The notes: generated by a model from the letters alone, not told the origin. 33,704 nucleotides of DNA from a virus (IMGVR_UViG_3300025723_000117:1-33704), one strand, 5' to 3'; positions 16,825-23,927 are shown, counted from the stretch's first letter. Numbers and translations are program-made.

Positions 16825-16983
16825 CTATCTCCGTCGCTGAAGGTGGAGCCGCTGTGGCACCCACTTGTAGAGCAGCGCAGCCCCGTGGACGAGGTGCGCC
16901 AGTAGTATCGACGCCAGTGTGACCGACAACCACCCCAGCGTCGCGATCCCTGTGAGGAAGATCAACTTAGCCAGCCATTCCAT
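16825..16983 (-). CDS. Small membrane protein
   Basis: GGAGG SD, MEWLAKLIFL..., hydrophobic. Confidence 0.55.
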   Translation of the reverse strand: MEWLAKLIFLTGIATLGWLSVTLASILLAHLVHGAALLYKWVPQRLHLQRRR

Positions 16984-17129
16984 AACAGCCTCCGTCAGTA
17001 CGCCGCTGATGGCGCACTTCGACATATAGTGCTTCAAAAGCCAAGCGCCATTGCGCGTGGCGGGTTGAACGCTAGGCGTCCATCATCGGGGCGGGGAGAT
17101 CGCTCCCCCCGCCCTCCTGTGGTCGTCTA

Positions 17130-18032
17130 TCAGGCCGCAGCCTTTATGGCCTCCATCTCCTGCGCCAGCGTCCAGAGCGCACGGTTCAGCGCGCGATCCT
17201 GATCGATGTTGCGGACCTCACCGACGCGCCGGAACTGGCGGCGACGGTTGTCGTTAGCAGGGATGACGTAGCCCTGACCGCCCCGGATGATGCCTTCCTG
17301 CACCCGGTTGAACGTGCGCCACAGGTCGTTGCCCTGATCCGCAGACCGACGAGCGGTCAGCAAAGCAGAGGCATCGATGGGCGACCGGTCGGTGTTCGTT
17401 TCAGCATCAGGCGTCCACCGGAGTTGAGCCGCAGCCCTAGCGAACGCAAGCTGTTCGCGGGATGACAGTTCAGTCCCGGCCATCTGGTTGGCGCTGTCGA
17501 TCAGTTCAGGGAACTCACCGATGACCCGGTAGGCAGCGTCGATCACGCCGTCCACCACGTCACCCTTGTGGGCCACCTTGAAGTGCTCGAAAATGTCACC
17601 AGCCATCAGGCCGTTGGTGCAGATGAACCGGAAAGCGCCAGCGCTGAACTGATAGGACGAAGTCCCATCATGGCTGTTCAGCATGACGATCTCGGGCACG
17701 ATCAGGTCGCCGTGCCGACCCACCTGAACCGCATTCTGGCTCGCATGGCGAAGCCGGATGAGGTGCTTGGTGAACTGGCGCTTGACCGGATCACGCGACC
17801 CACCCTGACGCACCTCAAACGGCCTGAACCCCTCACGGATCAGCCCCTGCAGCACTTCGCTGGTGGGGATGTACGTGTAGCGCTCAGACCGGCTGGAATG
17901 CGCCTCCTCAGCGACCACGGATGGCGTGAGGCGGGCAATGTCGTCCAGCGGGATGCCCTCAGACCCGTTCGCACGGATGATGACGGAGCCCGCGCCGAAA
18001 CGAGCGGTCTTGATTTGGGAATGCATGTTCAT
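17130..18032 (-). CDS. DUF932/DUF945-family protein
   Basis: SRSERYTYIPT, FTKHLIRLR, NSHDGTSSY...FRFICTNG, DLWRTFNRVQE, LNRALW. Confidence 0.92.
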   Translation of the reverse strand: MNMHSQIKTARFGAGSVIIRANGSEGIPLDDIARLTPSVVAEEAHSSRSERYTYIPTSEVLQGLIREGFRPFEVRQGGSRDPVKRQFTKHLIRLRHASQNAVQVGRHGDLIVPEIVMLNSHDGTSSYQFSAGAFRFICTNGLMAGDIFEHFKVAHKGDVVDGVIDAAYRVIGEFPELIDSANQMAGTELSSREQLAFARAAAQLRWTPDAETNTDRSPIDASALLTARRSADQGNDLWRTFNRVQEGIIRGGQGYVIPANDNRRRQFRRVGEVRNIDQDRALNRALWTLAQEMEAIKAAA

Positions 18033-18074
18033 GTCTCTCTCTCCAGAGGTGCGACAAAGTGTCGCGATGCTGAC

Positions 18075-18138
18075 AGCCTCGTCAGGCAGGGCCTCACCCT
18101 GCGACCATCGGGGGCGCGTGGCCCCCTAGGTTTCGGCT
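18075..18138 (-). ncRNA. Hammerhead ribozyme, type II (HHR4)
   Basis: - strand: AGCC GAAA CC..GGGGGC-loop-GCCCCC..GG TC GCAGGG TGAGG CCCTGC CTGACGA GGCT; GUC site, predicted cut 18103/18102. Confidence 0.88.
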
Positions 18139-18569
18139 TACTTGATCAGTCGGCTGGCCACGTCCAGCGCGCTGTTGATGGTCTCGTCGGTCGTGCTGGC
18201 GTTGAGCGCAGCCCGAGCCGCCTTGACCAAGGTCAGGGCGTCGCGGATGGCGATCAGTTCGTCCTGCGAGAAGTTGAGCGACGTTTCGTCGTCCTTGAGC
18301 AGTTCCCGCAGTTCGTCCTTGTCGCTGTCCATCAGGTTGTCCACCAGATCGGACATGTCCACGTTGGACGAGATGTACGAGCAGATGCTGCCATCATCGA
18401 TGGCCTCCAGCACACTGTATTCCCAATTGGTGGCAACCCAGTACACGACCACGTCGCTGTCCAGTTCGTTGAGCAGATCGTCGCTGTCCACTTCGTTGAT
18501 GATGTCCGACAGGCTGCAAGCCTCAATCACGTCGGACAGGGAAACGGTGGCGTTCACTTCGATGTTCAT
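18138..18569 (-). CDS. Highly acidic hypothetical protein
   Basis: AGGAG SD; D/E-rich helical repeats. Confidence 0.75.
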   Translation of the reverse strand: MNIEVNATVSLSDVIEACSLSDIINEVDSDDLLNELDSDVVVYWVATNWEYSVLEAIDDGSICSYISSNVDMSDLVDNLMDSDKDELRELLKDDETSLNFSQDELIAIRDALTLVKAARAALNASTTDETINSALDVASRLIK

Positions 18570-18610
18570 TGCAATCTCTCCTGAGTGCGCCCTGTGGCGC
18601 GTTGACTGAT

Positions 18611-18667
18611 GGTCTCATCAGTGTGCGCCTAACGCACAGACGGGCGCTTGCGCGGCCCGTTTCGACC
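18611..18667 (-). ncRNA. Hammerhead ribozyme, type II (HHR3)
   Basis: - strand: GGTC GAAA CGGGC-loop-GCCCG TC TGTGCG TTAGG CGCACA CTGATGA GACC; GUC site, predicted cut 18639/18638. Confidence 0.95.
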
Positions 18668-18931
18668 TTAGTTGGCGTCCTCCAGTTCCGGCAGCTTCTC
18701 CCGCCGGGAGGGTTCGATCTCCCCCTTGTGCACGGCGAGCGTGATCTGCTCCTGATTGTCAGCGGCCCGCACGTAGGTGTAGCCGCCCGACTTCAGGCCA
18801 CGCTGCTCGTACTGGCTGTCATAGTCCTGACTGACCTGAACCGCCTTGGCGAGCAGCGAGACCAGCTTAGTCGCGTCGTCGATGGGCAGCAGATACCGGT
18901 CATAACCGATGGTGACGATTGCTTGGGTCAT
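18668..18931 (-). CDS. Hypothetical protein
   Basis: AGGAG SD, 87 aa. Confidence 0.75.
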   Translation of the reverse strand: MTQAIVTIGYDRYLLPIDDATKLVSLLAKAVQVSQDYDSQYEQRGLKSGGYTYVRAADNQEQITLAVHKGEIEPSRREKLPELEDAN

Positions 18932-18965
18932 TCTGGTCTCTCCTGTTGAAAGTCATCTGTGAGGT

Positions 18966-19023
18966 GGCCTCATCAGCACCCGCCTGACGGGTGAACCGGG
19001 GGGTGGAACCCCCGGTTTCGGCC
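18966..19023 (-). ncRNA. Hammerhead ribozyme, type II (HHR2)
   Basis: - strand: GGCC GAAA CCGGGGG-loop-CCCCCGG TT CACCCG TCAGG CGGGTG CTGATGA GGCC; GUU site, predicted cut 18994/18993. Confidence 0.92.
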
Positions 19024-19071
19024 TGAGTACGTCTACTCGGCGGTGCGCCAGCGGCGCATTCCTGTTCGACT

Positions 19072-19242
19072 TCAACCATACAACATCTCGTAAGCCGCCA
19101 GCACATCCAGAGGCTCGACCTGATGGTCACTCGCCAGACGGCGAGCGGCATCGATCAGGTCCTGCCCGCTGCTGACCAGATCAGCGACCCGGTCAGCGGC
19201 CATGGCGACAATCGCGTCATAGGCTTGGGAGTAAACCGACAT
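19072..19242 (-). CDS. Hypothetical protein
   Basis: CAGGAG SD, MSVYSQAYDA... Confidence 0.65.
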   Translation of the reverse strand: MSVYSQAYDAIVAMAADRVADLVSSGQDLIDAARRLASDHQVEPLDVLAAYEMLYG

Positions 19243-19273
19243 CTTCATCTCCTGTGAGATTCTCTGCGAGTAT

Positions 19274-19327
19274 GGTCTCGTCAGCAGCCGCCTAACGGCT
19301 GGACGGGGGCGCACCCCCGTTTCGACC
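19274..19327 (-). ncRNA. Hammerhead ribozyme, type II (HHR1)
   Basis: - strand: GGTC GAAA CGGGGG TGCG CCCCCG TC CAGCCG TTAGG CGGCTG CTGACGA GACC; GUC site, predicted cut 19302/19301. Confidence 0.95.
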
Positions 19328-19650
19328 TAGTGTCCAGTGAAGCCCTCCATGAAGCCCTTGAACACCCGCCCGACATCGGTGGGTGACCACCCGTAGTCGG
19401 AGATGAGTTCCTCAGGGCTGTTCCCCCAAACCAGTTGAACCGATCCGGCGCTCACGCACTCCGACCGGACGTTGATGGCGTCCATGCCGGTGTTGCCCAG
19501 CGCCTCCCACACGTCCTTGAACGAGGTGGAGCCCCTGATGGCAGCGTCGTCACCGCCGTCGTAGACGGTCAGTTCGTACCCTTGGGCGAGAAGGGCCTTG
19601 ACCAGTTTCCGCGCAACCGTGCGCTCTTTGGCGTCAAAACCTTCGTACAT
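19327..19650 (-). CDS. Hypothetical protein, first gene of the leftward operon
   Basis: CAGGAG SD, MYEGFDAKER...LVWGN..ELISDY. Confidence 0.75.
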   Translation of the reverse strand: MYEGFDAKERTVARKLVKALLAQGYELTVYDGGDDAAIRGSTSFKDVWEALGNTGMDAINVRSECVSAGSVQLVWGNSPEELISDYGWSPTDVGRVFKGFMEGFTGH

Positions 19651-19674
19651 TGTTCCGTCTCCTGATGAGTGCGG

Positions 19675-20205
19675 ACCCTTGTGGTCCCTGCAGCACCCGG
19701 CGCGAACCAGATGCTGAAGGGACAACAAGCACCCCCCGGTCTGAATGCTCCCTATGGAACGCCAGCCGGGGGGTACCCGATGTTTCAGGATTGAGAATGA
19801 ATGCAATTTTCCCAGAGAGGGTCCGCCCGAGCAGCCGCTGTCGCAACCGTGTAGTGAGTATGCCATCGGTGCCGCCACTGCCTCGCGTGGCTCGCGTGTA
19901 CCTGTGTCTACCCCAACGCCTAAGCGTCAGGCCCGTCATCCTGTCACACCGTATGGCTCAGTCGCGACGAAGCCGTCCCGAACTTGCCTCTCTCCCCCCA
20001 CATCTCGGTAGGATCGCAGCGCGATCCAGACTGTGTGTACTCACCGTAGCGTTCGATCCCGTGACGCCGTCATCCGACGCTGCCCGTAGACCCTGCTCCT
20101 GAGGGGCCTCTTGTTTCGCCTCAACCTTGATCCCCCTGACTTGATGGGGAGGTGGGCCGGGAGGCTAGGCCCCCCCGGTCAGATCGGGTTGCCCCGTCCG
20201 ACCAG
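19675..20205 (-). ncRNA. Long structured leader / candidate large ncRNA
   Basis: No credible ORF; nested long-range helices and several hairpins, including a GCAA tetraloop hairpin near 20190. Confidence 0.55.
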
Positions 20206-20208
20206 CTA

Positions 20209-20270
20209 CAGATAGGTGCTGCCTTGAGCGTATCAACCCCCCTCAAACATTTTTCGCACTTTTTTTGCGC
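20209..20270 (-). promoter_or_regulatory. Putative early promoter with A-tract UP element
   Basis: TTGATA-N16-TATCTG on the - strand, preceded by AAAAAAAGTGCGAAAAA. Confidence 0.55.
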
Positions 20271-21098
20271 GGCCCCTTGCCAGCCCTACAGACCCTCCAG
20301 CCCCCTGCCCACCGCCTCCCGGAGACAGCGCGACCCCCCTTGAACACCAGCCCCAACAGACCACCTATCAGGAGAACCACAGAGAGCCCCGCAGGGCCGC
20401 ATCAGGCACAGAGAAGGCTGGGACACCAGACCACCCACAGAAGCCCGCCAGCGGCCAGCCAGCCAATACAGGCAGGCAAGGCGAAAGACGAGGTGGTGAC
20501 GAGGCAGCCTGTTCGTTTCCGACCGCCTCGAAAAAAGTTGCGACCCACCCCTTGCGCCTTGAGCGTAGCGCCCCCATCTCTGGGTCTCGGAGGCGACAAC
20601 GCCTTACGAGCCCTGCTGTTGAGCCACCCTAGCCGGTCAGCCGACAGCGCCCCCGACGCGGACCGGATTGAGGTCCAAGGGGATGGAAGGGTTCCTAGGC
20701 GACCGTCCGAGAATGGCCTGCAGCACCCGTCCTAGGCGGGCCAGCGGGGTCATGCCTGAAGCCCCTGAGCTACCCGGATACCGTATGCCCGTAGTCCGTC
20801 CCCCACATTCTCCCGTCCTCAGGGGCGCGGGAGAGGGGGAAGGGAAGGAAGGCCAGAAAGGCCCGAAAAGCAGCCCACCGGTTGCAGATAGCAAAACGTG
20901 GGTCTGCCCAAACAGGGGGTTGATACCACCTTGGGGTTGAGTAGAGGCCCCTACAGCCCCCTATGGCCCCCCTCAGGGGTGGGATGTGAGGCCGTCAGGC
21001 CCCGGTGCCCCCATGGGATTCCCTGAGCGCGACCACCCTTTGTGGACGGAGTTTGCGAAAAGTTGAGGGACCACCTCCCGCACTCCCCAAAAAAAAAT

Positions 21099-21140
21099 TG
21101 GAAGTCTACCTTGACCATTGGATGGGGGTAGATACTTAAT
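21099..21140 (+). promoter_or_regulatory. Rightward promoter
   Basis: A-tract, then TTGACC-N16-TACTTA, the same architecture as 7623-7650. Confidence 0.55.
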
Positions 21141-21167
21141 GGCTCTTCACCTTTTTGGAGATGAGAG

Positions 21168-21563
21168 ATGGCTGTTCGTGGAAAGTCTGGGGTCGAGGAT
21201 ATGGCGGTTGGAGAGGTGGAGGGCCTCCCGGAGGCGGATGCGGGAGCGGAGAAGGCGCAGAGCGCGCTTGATGCGGCTGACGCGGCGCTGGCGGATGGAA
21301 ATGGGGGTGCTGAGCCTGAGGCGTCGTACACGCTGGGGATGGGGTTCGTGAGGTCTGACCCGATCACGGTTGAGACGCTGCTGGACTGGGGGTACGTCGG
21401 TGCACATGAGGCGCGGGACTTCAGGTGTGTGCTGGGTCGGAACGCGGTGGACGCGACGCAGAAGTGTCTGGGGATTGATTGCATGGCGTGGCGGGAAGGG
21501 CCGCGCGCTGAAGATGCGAACACCCGTGAGTACGGGTTCTGCGGGCTGGTGGGTCGGCCATGA
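21168..21563 (+). CDS. Hypothetical protein (Cys-rich C-terminus)
   Basis: GGAG SD; C...CLGIDCMAWR...GFCGL. Confidence 0.7.
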   Translation: MAVRGKSGVEDMAVGEVEGLPEADAGAEKAQSALDAADAALADGNGGAEPEASYTLGMGFVRSDPITVETLLDWGYVGAHEARDFRCVLGRNAVDATQKCLGIDCMAWREGPRAEDANTREYGFCGLVGRP

Positions 21564-21742
21564 GCGACATCCCTTTGGACCTCAGGGTTGGAGAGAGCGT
21601 GGTGGTCAAGGGCCACAACAGGCAGAGCATCCGCCGCGCGGTGTTTGATGCCCAGAAGAGGTACTGGCGTCTCACGGGAGTGGAGATGGTGCTGGTGTCG
21701 GAACGGTGCCCCGAAGGGCACATTGTCAGGAGGACAGCATGA
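21560..21742 (+). CDS. Hypothetical protein
   Basis: ATGA-coupled; LRVGESVV motif. Confidence 0.6.
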   Translation: MSDIPLDLRVGESVVVKGHNRQSIRRAVFDAQKRYWRLTGVEMVLVSERCPEGHIVRRTA

Positions 21743-21779
21743 GACCGATCACGACGGAAGAACATGGCGCGGTGAAGCC

Positions 21780-21917
21780 ATGAGCCTCCTGCTCGTCATC
21801 GCGCAGGGCGCTCTGTTCATGGTCGCGGTCTCAGCGCTCGCTGCGGCCCTGACCGTGTGGTGCCTTGCCCTGATCCACGTCACCGAGTGGCTCGCGAAGA
21901 AGTGGGGGTTCATGTGA
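21780..21917 (+). CDS. Small membrane protein
   Basis: MSLLLVIAQG..., hydrophobic. Confidence 0.5.
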   Translation: MSLLLVIAQGALFMVAVSALAAALTVWCLALIHVTEWLAKKWGFM

Positions 21918-22084
21918 CAGCCCAGTTCAACGAGGAAGACCTCCGCGCCGAAGAGCAGGCCAAGGTCGAACGGGAGCGCCGGGAACGGCTCTTTTGGACC
22001 TACGAGGCCGCGCTGATCGCCATTGCCAACGGGCACGAAAGGCCCGTCGAACTGGCGATCAAGATACTGACGGGGGCTCCATGA
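21914..22084 (+). CDS. Hypothetical protein
   Basis: GTGA-coupled, TAQFNEEDL... Confidence 0.55.
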   Translation: MTAQFNEEDLRAEEQAKVERERRERLFWTYEAALIAIANGHERPVELAIKILTGAP

Positions 22085-22380
22085 GCTACTCTGCCGAGAG
22101 ACACCGCCTGACGCGCTATCTGGCGCGGGGCGGGGCCGTGCGAAGGGAGGACTGCGGAGGTGCCGTGGGCATTGTCTGGGCGCGTGTGTCGCGCACCGGG
22201 GTGTTCTACAACAAGCTGGCCGGGGATCGACTGGTCAAGCGAAGATGGTTCACCCTCGACGGAGAGAAGTTCTTCCTCATTCAGGACCATGCTGATGCAT
22301 GGCGGGCCGAGAAGGTGGCGAAACCCGAAAATGACATGCCCGCATTGCGAAGAGCTAAAGGAACGGATCGCGTGGCTTGA
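22081..22380 (+). CDS. Hypothetical protein
   Basis: ATGA-coupled, MSYSAERH... Confidence 0.55.
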   Translation: MSYSAERHRLTRYLARGGAVRREDCGGAVGIVWARVSRTGVFYNKLAGDRLVKRRWFTLDGEKFFLIQDHADAWRAEKVAKPENDMPALRRAKGTDRVA

Positions 22381-22753
22381 GGCGGAACTCGGTGTACAGA
22401 CGAACCAGACCCAAATCCGCGTGATGTGCTCCACCTTCGCCATGACACAGACAGAGGCTTGGTACGCTCTGGTCCTGTGGAAGGCGAAGGGCCGGACGGT
22501 GGATCGCTTCTGGCTTCTGGACAACCGACCCACCTTGGAGCGGAACGAGGACGGAGATCACCTCAACGTCCTGCGCGTCTACATGTCCAAGCTGAGAACC
22601 CTGCTTGGACCCTACGTGAAATCCGACTGGGGAAAGGGGTACTTCCTGACCCCGGAAGGCATAGAACTGATCGACAAGACCCTGTCTGAGGGGTTGCAAG
22701 GAGAGAACCATGCCAATCGAAGTGGAAGGCGTCACGACAAAGGCGTCACCTAA
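22331..22753 (+). CDS. OmpR/PhoB-type winged-helix protein without receiver domain (CtrA-like)
   Basis: T.TE..AL.L...KG.TV...NVLRVYMSKLR.LL...V...WGKGY.L. Confidence 0.8.
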   Translation: MTCPHCEELKERIAWLEAELGVQTNQTQIRVMCSTFAMTQTEAWYALVLWKAKGRTVDRFWLLDNRPTLERNEDGDHLNVLRVYMSKLRTLLGPYVKSDWGKGYFLTPEGIELIDKTLSEGLQGENHANRSGRRHDKGVT

Positions 22754-23024
22754 GGCCCCACAGGTGCCCGTACAGCCGCCTGAGCCCGCGAAGCGTCCCA
22801 CCGCTCAGGATGTCTGGGAATTGCGCTACAGGGCGCTCTCTGCGGCCCTGATGGGCAACCATGTGAACTTCAATGCAGAACAGGTCGTGGCCCGCGCTCA
22901 GGTGTTCGAATCCTACCTCCTCTCGGGTGGTCCGAACCCGGTTGAGATGCAGCCCACCGTGACGGAGCAGATCGCCCAGCAATTTTCCCGCTTGACAGGG
23001 TCGTTGGACGGAAATCCCGTTTAG
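22710..23024 (+). CDS. Hypothetical protein
   Basis: AAGGAG SD, 104 aa. Confidence 0.7.
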   Translation: MPIEVEGVTTKASPKAPQVPVQPPEPAKRPTAQDVWELRYRALSAALMGNHVNFNAEQVVARAQVFESYLLSGGPNPVEMQPTVTEQIAQQFSRLTGSLDGNPV

Positions 23025-23056
23025 TGCTAGTGTCCTGCCACATCACGGAGGACCAC

Positions 23057-23128
23057 ATGCCAGCAGGACATGCGAGAGGTGGATACGCGCGGCACACTCG
23101 CAAGCTGCGCGCGAAGAACAGAAAGTAG
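23057..23128 (+). CDS. Tiny basic peptide 1 (23 aa)
   Basis: GGAGG SD; MPAGHARGGYARHTRKLRAKNRK*. Confidence 0.75.
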   Translation: MPAGHARGGYARHTRKLRAKNRK

Positions 23129-23134
23129 GTCACC

Positions 23135-23215
23135 ATGGGACGTGGTGGACGAGGTATGGCACTGCGGCGTCTTGGGAAGTCCAAGATGACGCGCAAGATG
23201 GCCCGGAAGGGCTGA
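23135..23215 (+). CDS. Tiny basic peptide 2 (26 aa)
   Basis: AGGT SD; MGRGGRGMALRRLGKSKMTRKMARKG*. Confidence 0.7.
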   Translation: MGRGGRGMALRRLGKSKMTRKMARKG

Positions 23216-23228
23216 ACAGGAGAACAAA

Positions 23229-23315
23229 ATGGCTGGTGGAAAAGCAGGAACCCCGAGTGGGCGAAGCGTCGGTTCCCGTGGAGGCAAGTCGCGCTCCATG
23301 AGCCGGAAGCGCTAG
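23229..23315 (+). CDS. Tiny basic peptide 3 (28 aa)
   Basis: AGGAG SD; MAGGKAGTPSGRSVGSRGGKSRSMSRKR*. Confidence 0.78.
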   Translation: MAGGKAGTPSGRSVGSRGGKSRSMSRKR

Positions 23316-23324
23316 GAGGCCAAC

Positions 23325-23420
23325 ATGGCTGGTAGAGGTGGAGCCCCCTCGGGCCGCTCCGGTACGTCTCACGGGGCAAATGCGCCCGGTCGGTCCTCGC
23401 GTCGCAGGCGCAGGAAGTAA
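23325..23420 (+). CDS. Tiny basic peptide 4 (31 aa)
   Basis: AGGAGG SD; MAGRGGAPSGRSGTSHGANAPGRSSRRRRRK*. Confidence 0.78.
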   Translation: MAGRGGAPSGRSGTSHGANAPGRSSRRRRRK

Positions 23421-23480
23421 GTCACCACACCCTTCGCCCCCAAGGGTCACTATTCAACCCCCTAGCCCTTGGAGGCAATC

Positions 23481-23855
23481 ATGGCCGCTCCGCCTATCAC
23501 TGGTTCTCTCACTACCGCCTACACGACTGCCGCCACCGGCATCTCGTCGTCCTTCCTGCCGCAGATCGCGCCGTCCACCACCGCAGCCGTGGTCAGCGTC
23601 CCGATCAACTTCAACGTCACCCTCGACACCCTGACCGGCTCGTTCGTCGGCACCGCCATCATCCAGAAGTCCACCGATGGTGTGCACTGGGGCGCTGCCG
23701 TGTTCCCCGGCCAGACGGCGGGTAACACCACCGCCTTCTCCGGTACCTCCTTCGGTCTGTCGATCTCCCTGTCCGAGACCCAGTCGGGTACGCAGTACCG
23801 CGTGATCGTGTCTGCCTACACCTCTGGCACCCTGTACTACCAGTTCGGCCAGTAA
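23481..23855 (+). CDS. Ser/Thr-rich beta-sandwich protein, probably virion-associated
   Basis: GGAGG SD; G.F.GT...QKS.DG..W...YR...YTSGT..Y pattern; strongly biased codon use. Confidence 0.65.
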   Translation: MAAPPITGSLTTAYTTAATGISSSFLPQIAPSTTAAVVSVPINFNVTLDTLTGSFVGTAIIQKSTDGVHWGAAVFPGQTAGNTTAFSGTSFGLSISLSETQSGTQYRVIVSAYTSGTLYYQFGQ

Positions 23856-23892
23856 GAACTCCTCCCCGGAGACTCTGCCCAGTCGCAGAGCG

Positions 23893-23927
23893 AAAGCCCC
23901 TCGACCCACGTCGGGGGGTTTTCTTTT
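23893..23927 (+). terminator. Rho-independent terminator
   Basis: AAAGCCCCTCGAC-ccac-GTCGGGGGGTTTT-CTTTT. Confidence 0.85.

Noticed and set aside
18075-19327. Repeated GTTTCGRC motif read as CRISPR repeats or integron attC sites
   Set aside because: Spacing is gene-sized, there are no cas or integrase genes, and hammerhead cores fully explain the motif
19662-19710. CTGATGAG on the + strand
   Set aside because: No GAAA after the stem; it is just the complement of the SD region of gene 19327-19650
19915-19935. CCTAAGCGT resembling the pistol ribozyme core
   Set aside because: No upstream complementary loop for the pseudoknot and no P1/P2 architecture
19634-21100. ORF-track proteins in the control region
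   Set aside because: No SD sequences, low-complexity P/R/G/S translations; RNA structure and promoters explain the region better
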